Made by a program: the position numbers and the translations under genes. 64,000 bases of DNA from assembly GCF_009914755.1 (NCBI RefSeq), contig NC_060927.1. One strand, 5' to 3'. Below the pieces are notes generated by a model. That model searched no databases and had not been told where the DNA came from. It saw only the letters and a list, made by a program, of their open reading frames with translations. The stretch is from the human T2T-CHM13v2.0 reference genome, Homo sapiens. This document shows, piece by piece, positions 25,942-39,420 of this stretch (position 1 is the stretch's first letter; each line of letters opens with the position of its first letter).

Positions 25942-28175
25942 TCACTTTCCCTCTCTTGCCTTTCTAGGAACTTCCTGGAAAGGTCCACTTGGAAAGTCAG
26001 GAGGGCTGTTAGCTTGTGTACCTTGCGTTAGAACCCCAAAATTGCCTTGTCTCTTGTGGCTCTGTGAAGGGCCAGCCTGCCATCGTGCTCCAGTAATAAC
26101 CGTGGGGATGGCATGTTATCAGCAGAGTTCACTTCTCTGCAAACATGTGTGGGGTTCATGAAGCCTGGGCCTGGGCCAGGACAAGTGGGCACGTGCAGGT
26201 CAGCAGGTAGAGGAGAGTCCGTTGGCACCTTCCCACCCCAGAGGATACTCTTCTGCCCACATCCCCACCAGAGCGATGAGGAGCCCCAGTTTAGCCCTGT
26301 GGCCCGTCCATGATCCAGGATCTCCATTAATTCCAGACTGATTCCCAGCTCCCCTTCCCTCAGGATTACAAGGGGCTCAGACATGCCTATTTGCTGTGTC
26401 ATTTACATTTCTAAAGGGGACACAGGGCGTCTGACTGGTACAAAGCTCTGGACTCCAGCTTCCAGCCTTATACAAGGACGTTCCCTGGGAGGGTGCTCCT
26501 GCCCCTCCACATGTGGGCAGCAGGGATTCTGCATGAAGGCTGATAAAGTGTTGAGCTGGGTGGCTGTGGCTGCCTTCATGGTGGCCCCATTCGTCCTCCC
26601 TCCCGGCCAGTAAAGCCAGAAAGGGTGAAAAGAGCTCAGCCAGGAAACCTGAGGGCTGAGACGGCACAGCAAGTCATTTCTACTCCTTCTTTGGAGCCTT
26701 GGGAGCCATTTTACTTTCCTGCTCTTTATGCAGAAGTAGGGAGAATAGCTTCTCCACTGATCAAGAGAGAGAAGTGTGAAAATTGTTTGAAAGTCTAACG
26801 GGGTGCCCGCCCGACCGGTGCAGTCACAATGAAGGTCCCAACCACCTTATTTAAAATCTTACCACCACCCCACGTGCTCCTGGTGCATCTCATCTGTCTT
26901 CCCAGCTTGCACTCATCACCATCGCAGATGCCATTCAGTTTGCATCACCGTTCTCCACCCACTAGGATGTACGCCCCATGCAGGTGGAGAATTTATCTGT
27001 TACTTGCCCTGTTCAATCTCCAGACCTGGAACAGTCCCTGCAACACAGGAAGGGCTCAGGAGATATTTTTTGAATGAATCGAAGGAAGGACCAAACAAGT
27101 GAACAAAGGAAGGAAGGAAAGACAGAAGGAAGAACAATTTCTAGTACAGCCTGTGTTCTTTTGCGTTACGGTTGCAGTTGTGAGTGTGCTCTTCAGAAAG
27201 CGGTATTCTTGGTATAGTGGGATCTGGTGTGGAGGCGAGGAAATGGGAGTCACTCTGCTGCCACTGGCCAGATGGTGACCAACAGCCTGCCCCTTGACCT
27301 CTCTGGGCTCCAGGTTCTCACCTGTGCATTGTGGGTAAGAATATCGGCCGCACAGGGAGGCAGTGGGGCAAGTGTGCACATGAGGCCCAGAGCACCTCCA
27401 CGTTTCCCTTCTGGCACCCAGCCTAGGGCCTGGGAGCCAGAAGAGCTCTGGAACACCGGTGGCAGTCCTCATTTTTGCCTCCACCTTGCCAGCTCTGGGC
27501 AGGACGAGTCAGGGCCCCACAGCCCAAGGGGGCGGGGGGCGGGGAGGTGGGGGGGCGCTTTGAACTTGGAACCGAGGACCTTTATTGTGGATCCAGTAAA
27601 TTAAGTTTCTCGTCAAGAACTTGAAGCGACACAGCAGCTTGCCGCTTTTGTCCCCCAGCAATTTGCATTCCGTGGTCTGTTATAATTTTCTAAACATTTG
27701 TTGGTCTTCACTGTCAGCCCCGTGTTCTCTCTGAAGTGTGAAGTGCTTCCACTCCATTTTTTGCCCTCAAAATTTTACTTTCTGTCTTTTCAGTCTTTGG
27801 GGAGCTGAGGGGATCTTGCAAGAAATCACATTGTTCCTGCCCCAGATTCCCGCTCCTCTCACTCATCATTGTGTTTCAAGTGTGTGTTTTCAGGGCAAGA
27901 ACAGAAAGGCCTGTCACAGATCCAAATGGTGGGGTCTGCTTTCTCCGGGCACTGGTGCACCAGTTCCCCAGATCCACCTCCTCTGTGCAGGGAACTGGAG
28001 CCTGAGACTAAGGCGTCCAAACTCTGGAGCTGGGATGAAAGATGCCCACACTGTGAGAGCACCTCAGAACACCAAATCTTCCCTGCCTCCCCAACCCACA
28101 AAAAGATGAATCAGGGAAAACAAGACCCCAGTTCAAGACCCTACCTGCTGAACCTCACAGATGTTACCATGGAAT

Positions 28176-28195
28176 TGCTGCCACCTGGTGGCAGT
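28176..28195 (-). promoter_or_regulatory. Candidate CTCF site, palindromic
   Basis: The minus strand reads CTGCCACCAGGTGGCAGCAA, which matches the CTCF core CCASYAGRKGGC. Confidence 0.6.
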
Positions 28196-29917
28196 GTACT
28201 CTGATTCTAAGCAAGGACCCAAAGAAGATTGGGCCTTCTGGCTGTTGGACTTTCAAACAAAAATGTCCATATCGACATCAACACAGAGACATTATATACG
28301 GTTTTGAAAATATTGCAAAGTAGTGGCCCTCACTGAGGTGGGGGCCACTACTTGAGACTGAAAATCCCCCAAGGTTTCCTTTCAATGTATTTGTTCCTGA
28401 GTTAGTTTCATTGTTCCTAATACCAAGCACTGGAATGTAAAATCAGATCATCACACATGGCGCTTATCTTCAAGGAAATGACAGTCTCTTGACACAGACA
28501 CATGATTAAGCCAATGACAACAGTGGTGCCGGGCGGTGCTGAGGTTGGAACTGACCTGACAGGTGTACTCCTTCCAGTCAGAGGGTAAATTCCTCTGTAA
28601 TTAGAGATGCATCACTGATCTAACATCATGCACGCTTAAAGGTAGTGGATGTTTATTCTTTTCTTGTTTCATTCCTGGCTGTTTCAGCAGTGTCTTATGA
28701 TCCACAGTCCTGGAGGTTGAAACGCTGCTTGGGTACTCATAAAACTACTGATGCTGGTTATCATTGATTGATTGCTGACTTTATGCCAGGTACTGTGCTT
28801 TAGAAACTTGTCTTTTAATTTATCCAATCAGCAAATAGTTGAAAATTATTATATTTTAGACATAGGAGCTAAATGCTATATATAGGTAAAATTCTTATGA
28901 CCTATAAGATAGGACCTGAGGTCTTTTTACATCATCTTATAAGTCATGAGAATTTTAAAGCCTGTGTCTTAAAGGCTCTACCAATGAGAGGACTGAGGCT
29001 CTGAGGGGCTGAAGCTTGCACAGCCAGCAGCTGAACCCAGGTGAGTCTGACTTGGCTGTGTGAGGGATACGGTACTGAAACTGTGTCGTGTCTGATTTTC
29101 CTGACCTCTCTCTATCCCTGCCCAGTCCTGGGCTGGCATTCCGGCTCTGGAATCTCTGAGCATCCCAAACCTATGTGACAACTTTGCAAGAATCCTAGAA
29201 TCTTAGCCTTGGGCAGCTTTAATCTCCATTCAGCGCAGGAATCTTCTCTGTGGTAACCTTGTCAGCCTCCAGTTGGCCCCTCTGAGAGGGAGGCCTGTTA
29301 CCTCTACTTTGGGACAACGTTCTACTCACCTGGTTCCCAATGTTGAGACATTCATTCATTCTATAATTTGATTATTCTTTCTTCACTTATCTGCTTTAGT
29401 TTGTCAGTCCCCCACTTTGAGAGTATCTACCAAGGTTGAGCATACTAAGTTAAGTGCAGCCTGAACAACTGAGGCACAAGTCGGCCTCCTCCGAGTGAAT
29501 AGAATAGAATCAAATCACCTCCAAGGTGGGCTTCTATCTCCTCTTGATCACCGCTGCTCCCTTTCTCACATGGCAGACCAAGGGAGCTTGTTAAAAGGGA
29601 TCCTGGATCGTACAACCTTCTGGCATTGTTCTTTGAATGCATTTTCCTTTAATTATTTGAATGCATTTATATTATATATTTATAGTAGCTTCTTTAAAAT
29701 CTTTTATACTACGTAGTTGAATTACTAGATGACCACCTTAACCTTGTGTAGGCTCAACTTTGTTTTCTTAGTGCAGGTCTGTAGAAATCTGGACTGTTCC
29801 CAAGCCCCTCTAACTCAATAGGACTTGATAGGATTCCAAGCTCTGCCTCCCCTATAAATCTCATCAGGGCTTGGCTTTAGACTTAATTAGGATGAGTGTA
29901 AAGTCGTTCTGACTCTA

Positions 29918-30138
29918 GAGCATGGGTCTCAACTGAGGAAGCTTTACCTCCCAGGAGACATTTGGTAATGTCTAGAAACATTTTTTGATGGTTACAATTA
30001 GGGGATGTTACCAGCATGTAGTGGGTAGAGCCCGGGGTACTGCTAAACATCTTACAATGCACAGGACAGCCCCCATGATAAAAAAAAAAAAAAAATCAGG
30101 TCCCAGATGTCTGTAGTGCTGAGGTTGAGATACCCTTC
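29918..30138. mobile_element. MER20 hAT MITE, within old L1-like sequence
   Basis: ggagacatttggtaatgtctagaaacatttt...gtgggtagagc...tgctaaacatcttacaatgcacaggacagcccc...gtgctgaggttgaga. Confidence 0.85.
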
Positions 30139-31004
30139 CCTAGGACATGGTTCTTGCTCCTATGGTGAGGTCTTTCTGTGTCTCAGCTGAGTGCCAAGCA
30201 TGAAAACTTGGGGTTGACCAGATCTCTCCACTGTGGCAGGGTGGGAGCCCCCATCCCCTTGCCTCCCTCCCCCTGCCATCAGCATCCAGACTCCAGGGTC
30301 TCTATTCTACTCATCTCTGTAGCAATGCTCTCTGGTGAGCCTTGAGCGGTCCCACCTAGCCAGCCCAGCCTCACAGAGAGCCTCCACATGGACTTCTGGG
30401 TCCCCTCTGTGCACAGCTCCCTTTCCAGCACTCCCACTGTGGATTCCAGCTGTTCCCACTGTCCTCACTCTGGCACTGCCTCCTCTGCCCAGGGAGACTG
30501 CATGCTATGCTCAGACTCAGCTCTCTGCATGGTGGTCAGGAAGTAGTGACCAAGCAGCAGGATGGGCAAACCCTCTCAGGGGTTCCCATCTCTCAGGATT
30601 GCAGTCTAGCCCTGCACATTGTCTACTACCTGAAAATAGTGGTTTCCGTTATTTTGTCTGCTTTAATAGTTGCTATGGCAGGAGGGCTGGGCTGATCCCT
30701 GTTACTCTGGTGTGACCAGAAGCAGAGATCGACTCCCTTGCTCACCACCCCATGGCTGCATCCTCTTGCTTCAGGATTCAAATCAAGACTGCTCCCCGTG
30801 GCCATGGTCAAGGAGCCCTCTGTGGCCTGGTCCCTGTCCCATACAGCCTTGGGCATTCCAGGATCAATTCTGTTGCAGGGCTCTGACTTCTGCCTGGATC
30901 ACTCTCCCCTGAGATATTCCTGTGGCTGGCTCCCTGTCATCCTGCAGATCTCAGCTCCAAAGTCAGGTCACCTCTGACCACATGAGCTCAAACGTCCCTC
31001 ACTA

Positions 31005-31304
<300 letters not shown>

Positions 31305-31528
31305 TCTCTCCCTAGACCCTATGACCTAACAAAGCCCTTGTTTTATTTTATTCACAGGGCTGATGGCTGTCTGAAGTAATCTCATGCTTATTTGTTGATG
31401 TGTTCATTGTTAATATCCCCATTAAGAAAGTGATCTCCATGTGAGCAAAGAATTTGTCTGTCTTATCCGCTGTGAACTTCTCAGCACCTGACACAGAGCC
31501 TGGTGCATGAGAGGCTCCCAGTCAGCAC

Positions 31529-31822
31529 TGGATGAATGTATGGACAGATGGATGGATGGATGGGCAGACAGACGGATGGATGGATGGATGGATGGATGGA
31601 AGGAAGGATGCACAGATAGATGATAGATGGATGCATGAATGGGTAGATGGATGATAGGTGGACAGATGGATAGATGAATGATAAATGGATAATGAATGGG
31701 CAGATGGATAGATAGATGCATGGATGGATGATGAATGGATGGATGGTTAATGAATGGATGATGGATGATAAATGGATGATGGATGGATGGATGGATGGAT
31801 GGATGGATGGATGGATGGTGGA
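31529..31822 (+). repeat. Degenerate (GGAT)n/(GAT)n microsatellite at an L2 3' tail
   Basis: Visible GGAT array following an L2-like end (cagcacctgacacagagcctggtgcat). Confidence 0.92.
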
Positions 31823-31925
31823 TGCCATATAGTGATTCAGATAAAGGAACATAGACAATCAGAGAAGAACAACATTATTTTCAGTCACATGTCCTGGAAA
31901 AGACTTTATGAAACACACAGTCTTT

Positions 31926-32220
31926 TCTTTTTTTTCTTTTTTGAGATGGAGTCTCACTCTGTCACCCAGGCTGGAGTACAATGGCGTGATCTCGGCTCAC
32001 TGCAACCTCTTTCTCCCGGGTTCAAGTGATTCTCCTGCCTCAGCCTCCTGAGCAACTGGGATTACAGCTGTGCGCCTCCACATCTGGCTAATTTTTGTAT
32101 TTTTAGTACAGACAGGGTTTCACCATGTTGGCCAGGCTTGTCTCAAACTCCTGACCTCAAGTGATCTGCCCGTCTCAGCCTAAAGTGCTGGGATTACAGG
32201 TGTGAGCTACCGTGCCCTGC
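31926..32220 (-). mobile_element. Alu, AluS-like
   Basis: Antisense dimer; TSD TGAAACA(C/G)ACAGTCTTT at 31909-31925 and 32221-32237. Confidence 0.95.
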
Positions 32221-33559
32221 TGAAACAGACAGTCTTTGATTTGATCTCTGCAGGATTAGGAAGAAAAGTCTTTTCAGAAAGAAGCAAAGATCAGAGGTGG
32301 AAAGTCTGCAGATATGCAGGAAATGGTCTGTAGTTCAGTGTAGCTACAGGATAGACTTTGTGATAGGGAATCATAAGAAATAAGATGAAGTCAGTAGACT
32401 GAAGCCTCTTCATTAAGAACCTTGACTGCAAAGCCAGAGAGTTCAGATTTCATTCATTGGTCTGGAGAGAGCTATTGAATGTTTTTGAACAAGAGATGAC
32501 TGGCATGAAAAGAGCTGTAATTTCAGAAGATTACTCAGATAAGAGAGAGGCTCAGCAAAGCTCATCAATGAAGAGTATGAGTTTTCAGAGCAGCATGTGA
32601 ATGCCTGCTCTTCATTCTCCACTGTGTGACGTTAGGCGGAAGGCTCACCCTCTCTGAGCCTCAGTTTCATCTCTCGTAAGCTTCTAGAGGAGAGAGCCTT
32701 ATCCTTTACTCATCTCCTTCCTCCTTGCAGATTTGTTAAGGTTAGGTGAAAAAGCACATTATAGCTGTTTAGAAAGGGCAAGCGAATAGAATGAATTTGG
32801 AGAATACAGCCAGATTGGGGGAAAATGAGGCTGCTATCAAATGACCTTGAGTTTCGAGGAGTATGGCAAGGAAGAATCTGACTGAGGATGGAGAAGGCTT
32901 TGCAATGTCATGGGGGTCTGGCAGCTGTGATGTTACAGCCTATGGGCAGTTGTGGCTGGAGCTAGTGCCATCGTGTGAGTTTGTCTGGCTACCTCCAGAA
33001 GTTCAAGAGGATCAACACAGTAAGGAGACAGTGGAGTCACTTCAAAGAGATGTCAGCAAACATTCAAGGTGCACGTACTGTGTGCAAGGCCCAGCCACGC
33101 AGTGAGAGTACAGGGATGAAATGGTGGTGTTTTCACCCTTGAGAATTTTGCTGTCTCATAGAGGAGAGATGTTGCCACGGCAGGGGCTGGTGAGAACCTT
33201 GGAGAGTCATGAGCTGAGCTGTGCCAGCACAAAAGAGGAACAACCAAGTGCCTGTCTTCAGGTATTCTCAGGCTGTTTTGTTAGAATGCCCACCTTATGT
33301 TTATTCATCCACCAAATATTTGTTGAGTACCTACTGTATGCCAGGCATGATGCCAGGCTTTGCTTTTTAAATTAATCAGGAGAAATTTACCAAGTATCCA
33401 TTCTTGCTAGATATTTCCTGGGCACTGTGGGAGTGGGGTGGAGGTTGGGTGGGGAGGATGAGTAAGACACATTTCCTGTTTTCTCAGACAGGAGTTTTTA
33501 AGTGGGGGAGGATCTTTAACCCCCCTCTCCAAAATTGCACATTAAATTTTGCAGATTAA

Positions 33560-34040
33560 GTATAGTTTTTTTAGATTAATAGATTTTTATTAATTTTAGC
33601 TGTTTTAAGTTTACAGAAAAATGGAGCAGAAGGTACAGAAAGCTCCCATATACACCCCACACCTCCTCCCAACACCCATTTCCCATATTAGGAACATCTT
33701 GCATTTGGGTGATACATTTGCTATAATCAAGGGGCCAATATTGATTTATTATTATTAATTAAATCCATAGTTGACATTGGAGTTCTCTCTTGGTGTTGTA
33801 CCTCCTATGGGTTTGGAGGTACCTCCAAATGTGCAATGTTGTAGCTCCAGTGAATGTGTAATGACACGCACCCACCACTGCAGTATCACACAGAGTAGTT
33901 TTCCTGCCCTAGATATCCCCTGTGCTCTGCCTGTTCAGCCCTCCCTTCCCCTGAACTGATCTTTTCCCAACCTCCATAGTGTTGACTTTTCCAGATTGTC
34001 ACATAGTTGGAATCATACAGTTTGTAGCCTTTTCAGAGGA
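33560..34040 (-). mobile_element. L1MC-type 3' end
   Basis: ttttaagtttacagaaaaatggagcagaaggtacagaaagctcccatatac...catagttggaatcatacagtttgtagccttttcag. Confidence 0.8.
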
Positions 34041-34057
34041 GCTTCTGTCTCTAAAAC

Positions 34058-34222
34058 CTTATTACTACTGAAAGTGTCTCCAGGCCTAGCACCAGCCTTA
34101 TTTGGGAGCTTGTCAGACATGCTGACTCCCTCAGGCCCCATCCCAAGCCTGCTCAATCAGATCCTGCATTTTAGCAACACCCCTGGTGGTTTTTATACAC
34201 ATGAAAATTTGAGGAGCACTGG
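34058..34222. mobile_element. MER5A-like MITE
   Basis: gggagcttgtcagacatgc...ctcaggccccatccca...ctgcattttagcaacacccctggtgg...aaatttgaggagcactg. Confidence 0.75.
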
Positions 34223-34454
34223 TCTAAGAGAGCACTGAAGGCAGGCTGAGGCCTGTCAGACAAACCAGTGAGGGCTTGTGGTCAGAGGAAGCAGAAGTTC
34301 TGGGGCTAAGTAGTCTAGGCAAGAAGGAATTCCTGGGTGTTGGGGCCACCCACCTGCCCTCGCTCCCATGCCAGGGGGGAGAGAGAGAGAGAGGATCACT
34401 TCAGAGCTTCCTGCAAAGGGAATGGAATGGATCCCTTCAACAATTTCCACTTTC

Positions 34455-34642
34455 TAGAACTACATTGTCCCATACAGTAGCCATAAACCACATATGTCTA
34501 TTTAAATTGAAATTAAATAAAATTTACAACTCAGTTCCTCTGTTTCATTAGTCAGATTTCCCATGCTCGATGCCCATCTGTGGCTAGTGGCCACCATATC
34601 AGAGAGCACATACATAGAACATGTCTATCATCATAGAACATT
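34455..34642. mobile_element. MER3 hAT MITE
   Basis: tgtcccatacagtagcca...tgtggctagtggccaccatat...gaacattctattggaca. Confidence 0.8.
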
Positions 34643-37600
34643 CTATTGGACATTAGTGCTTTATAGGAAAAAAGGCCCAAGAAGCAGGAGGATGTGTAGA
34701 AACTGGAGCTTCAATTGTGCCAGGTACTGGAAATGGAGCAGTCACTCCTGGTGCCCTGAAGGCACGCTGACAGCCCTTGTGGGTTTCGTTCCTAAGAATG
34801 AAACAGCAGAGTTCTAAGAATGCCCACTGAAGAGTCAAGACCTGAACCATGGCCACAGTTGTCTTTGGAAGAAAGGACTGCAACTAAAGTCCATCTGTGA
34901 AGTGCTGTGGGAGGCTGTGATAGCTGTACATGCAGCACCACTGGGTTGGGAGGAAAGGGTCTATCCCTGAGTGCAGTGCAGAGATAGGCGGTGTGGTGCT
35001 GACTCAGTCAGTGTGGCTGTTAACTATCTTTGTCCTCTTTCTGAATAAGAAAAAATACTCTAGCACACAAATTCCGCTCCAAATCCCACGCTGTCATCAT
35101 CCCTGTGATATTTACTTTTTGATTCTGCCTTATTACTTCTTAAGAGTTGACACTTGTATTTCACAACATGCTGTACTGATTTCTTTGCTCCCCATTGTTT
35201 TCATTCCTTTCTACAGGATTACATTTTCTTCTTGTTGGAGTTAATCCTTTAGCAGTTCTTTGAGCAAGGGCCTGGAGTAACTAAGCTCTCTTAGTCTGTG
35301 TATTTCTGGAAAGACATTTATTTCACTTGAGTGGTAGTTTAGCTGGGTATGGAATTGTAGGATGGTAATTTTTAAGTTACATTTTGAACTTGGATGCCCA
35401 TATTGCAAGAGCAGTGTGTAATCATACCCATATCTGGCGCTTTCATGGTGAGCTGAGGGGTAGAGTTTCTAACTTCTGGCTCACTATGGGACAATCCTTT
35501 CTAGCTCCCAGCTCTTTTCAGTAAGCCTAATTAGCTTTTGGTCATACCCACAGCATGCAATCTTAACTCTACCATTGGGAAGGAATGAAACCTCAGCCTC
35601 TCAGACTTCTATTTGCTCAGATGTCCCTATGGGTTGCTAGGTCTATTCCTCCTCCTCCTCAACTTCAGTTTTGACTTCTCATTTCTAGCATCTGGGAGAA
35701 TTTTCTATCTTCCTTAAAATGGATTTAAAATGTTACAGATTTAAAAGGCTGTGATTTAAAATATTTCATAATTATCTGTTTTCTGTAACTGTCATAAAAA
35801 TATTAACCCTCAGCATTTACTTTTCTTTATCTGCTAGTCTTGAACATGATATATTGAATATTCAAGTAGCCAATTAATATTAAGGGAGATACCCTTATTC
35901 ATGCTTAATTCAACAGCTCAATTTTATTCATAAAATCATGTGTCAGTGGTGGTGATTTCATATTTCATAATTTCCATAGTTTTATATTCTGACACTAAAT
36001 TTGTTTCTTACACATAGAGTAAAATTATACTCATGAAGGTATTTGGCAAAGAACTCCATAAAGCTCATTTATTTGCTATTTTAATAAATTTAAGAGCCAG
36101 TATGTAGGTCCAACTTCTTCTTTTGTTGATGAGTACCTGAGTGCCAGAGAGAGGATATGGCTCACCCAAGGCCACAGCTGGTGGAGAACTAGACCAGGAC
36201 CGAGAACCTCCAGTTGAAACATTTGCCACTTTTCCACCCCTTTGAGTCTATTTGCTCATCTATGAAATGAAGAGGTTAGACCAGACATGGAATCAGGTCC
36301 TGTCTCACTAATTTTGTGTCCTTGGGCAGGTCACATAACTTCTCTGGGCTTCCATGTTAATAAACCCTACTCTGTCCACCTCAAATGGCTGTGGAAAGCA
36401 TCAAATAGGCAGATGTGTGTGAAAGAGCTCTGAGCAACACAAGGGCTACAGAGCAGCTCTTGTTATTAAGTTGCTATGACTGGTTCCTGCAGCTCCTCCA
36501 TAGTTGGGAAGAAGTGTGCTTTGCAGATGCAGTGTGTTCTGATGATTTCTGATATAGCACAGCTTTGTAAGAGAGCAGGAATTTCTTTTGTGAGCAGCAA
36601 GATGACGGGTCTTTGATACCTCTTAGTTGGCTGGGATTGTGACACTTGATGTCCTTCTCTGAAAACTCACTGGTGTGTGAATCTCATGTTCCATTTCTCT
36701 CACTTCTCATATGCAAGCCAAGCGCTGGAAAGCCCTACAGGGCGAGTGCTGAGTCCTGCATAATGTTCACACAGAGGCCAAACATAGCTCTGCCTCCTTG
36801 CTTAGGGTCTCAGTGACGTTCCAAACAGTAGAGGCAAGTGGGTGCTGCTCAGCCTCCTATGCTGTACCCATCTCGGTCCTTCATGCCCCACTGCTCATCC
36901 CAGGAGGCACTGTTGCATGGTACGAAACTCCCAGGCTAAGAATCAGGAAACCCAGCTCCACCACCGACCTTGAACTGTCACTGTACCTCCTTGTGCCAGA
37001 GTTCCATCAGCTGTAAAATGAGAGTGTCTAGTAAAATCACTGTCTTCCTTTTTTTTTTTTTTTTGCTATCAGTAATCCCTTTTATTTTCCCCCTTATGAT
37101 CCACCAGCATGGACCATGTGTTGCTGACAGGAAGTTCCTATTAGCAGTTGTATGTGTCTGATTAATAAAAGCTGGCAAAGCCCAGGAATTAGTCTTTAAA
37201 ATGTCCTTTGGAGGAGACAAAGCCCAGAGAGAAGAGATGATTTACCTGTGGTCATGAGAAGATTTTTATATCATAAATCACCTGGAAGGGAGAAACTGCA
37301 CGTCTCCAAGGTTATAGATGACAGTGCATTAGGATTTCCCAAGGCTGTGGAAGTGCGTGGGGGAAACGGGTTGGGTGAATGTCATTCTAAGCAAGCGTAT
37401 GATTAACATTCCTGGGTGTTAATCCAAGCTACAGTTGACTGACCCTTCCAGAACGTGAACATTTTATCCAACTCTACCTCTCCTATGATGGCTTGCAAAC
37501 TGCCTAGCACATAGTAGGTGCTCATTAAGTGCATATTGTAGCCTGTGGTTGTCATCTCAGAGTTAAGCTCCTGCCTGGGATGGTGAGTACCATGATAATT

Positions 37601-37779
37601 GTCCTTCTTCTCCAGCCCTGTCACCTGTTTGGAGCTTTAAAGAAAATATTCCCTAAGAAAGACAGATGAGGAAAATAAATAACAGATACAGACCTCTTTA
37701 GTGAATACCTCAGAGACAGAATATAAAATTAATCCATAGGTTTGTGCAAGGTGAGGTTGGAGGAATGCAAACTTCTATC

Positions 37780-37906
37780 TTATACTTGCTCCCCTTTCTC
37801 TCTTGACTCGTGGAAGACTTCTACCTCGCCCAGAAGGGAAACAGCTGAAAATGAGGCTTAACAACTGCTCAGATGAATCTGTGAATCACAGATGGATAAT
37901 ATCAGG
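37780..37906 (+). repeat. Copy 1 of a 127-bp dispersed direct repeat
   Basis: Ungapped match to 41023-41149, about 14 mismatches by manual count. Confidence 0.9.
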
Positions 37907-39004
37907 AGTTCAGAGGTGTTTTTAATCTTTGAGGGGACGTCAAGGAGGAGACAACTGATCCCAGAAAACTCAGTTTTTCTGATCTGAGACTGAACGTTGG
38001 TTTTGGTTTCGGTTTCTGACATCACCTGGCAGGGTAGGAGTTTCCTCAGTTTCCCCCCACTGATGCAAGCATGAGTTACTGGGCACAAAGCATAGTCTTC
38101 TCACCAAAGGATTCCTGAGAAGTGTCGTGAACGCGTCTCTTCCAGTGAGGCCTCCAGTTCCCACTGTGGGACGAGAGTATTCCTTCTGCTGTCTTGTGGG
38201 TTGGTTCTACCTGCACATGCCCACCCCCTGGACTCTACTATGGGTGTTTCACTATGTCAGCTTCACCACAGACCTTTCTAGCCCCCATCCATGCATTCTA
38301 TTTTATTTTTTGATACACTTCAAAGTAAGTTGTAGACATCAGTACACTTCAGCCTTAAGTACGTTGGCATTGATGTCTGTAACTTACTTTATTTTTACCT
38401 GATCATTCTTAGTTTTACAGCTCAACCCAAAGCCCTGAAAAATCGCTGAGGGAAGCATGAGGAATGAAGACAGCCCCTCCCTCACAGTGGCTTTGCCCCG
38501 AAGCCAAGGCCACTGTGTCCCACACATTATCCAGGAGGGCGTGTTGTGGTGGCCTGCCATCTCCCATTAGTCCACCAGGTTAGCCACCCCTCCTGGTTTC
38601 CTGCCTGACACAGCCCTGCATGTTTACCCATTCCCCCAGGCCCCTGGGTCCTGCTGCTCCCACTGGCTTATGTGAACCAGGATGCTCCGTTAGTCAGATT
38701 CCCAGGGAACTGGCGCCGTTTAAAGCTGTCACCGGTTCCATTCAGATGAGCATAGGAGAGGCAATGTGAGCAGGTGGCAATGTGACCCTGAAGGCTGGCA
38801 GGACCTGAGAGGTGGAAGGAGAATGGTATGTAAGCAGGGCAGGCAGGTCAGTGAGTGTCAAGCAGTGAAATCCGTCTGGACATTGGGCCTGCAGAGAGCA
38901 GAGAGATAGGTAAGATAAGAGCGTTTGGCTCCAGGCTCATTTACACCACCTCTCCTCTTGGTGAAGATGATGGCAGTCCACTGGGAAGACGAAAGTGAGC
39001 AGCA

Positions 39005-39420
39005 GCCAGGCAATGCACAGAAAGACAAATACCATGTGATCTCACTTATCCTGTATGTAGAATCTAGAAAAGTCAAACTCACAGAAGCAGAGAGTAGAAT
39101 GGTGGTTCCCAGGGACTGGGTGGGCAGGGTTGGAGAGATTGGGTCAAAGGATATAAGATGTCAGTGCCACAGGTGGAATGAGTTCACGTCTATCGTACAG
39201 CATGGTGACATAGGCAATAACATGCAATACAATCAATCATGTGTACTTGAAAATCGCTAAGAGAATAATTTTAAGTGTTCTTGCCACAAAAAAACCAAGG
39301 CAATGCATATGTTATTTAGCCTGATTTAGCCATTCCATAGTGTTTATGGATTTCAAAACATCATGTCTAAACCACAAATATATAGAATTTTTGTCAATTA
39401 AAAGTTAAAAAATAAAATAA
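39005..39420 (+). mobile_element. L1MA-type 3' end
   Basis: cacagaaagacaaataccatgtgatctcactt...gaagcagagagtagaatggtggtt...ttgaaaatcgctaagaga...A-rich end. Confidence 0.85.

Noticed and set aside
31422-32029. IHPS / MDGW repeat ORFs
   Set aside because: Translations of the (GGAT)n microsatellite.
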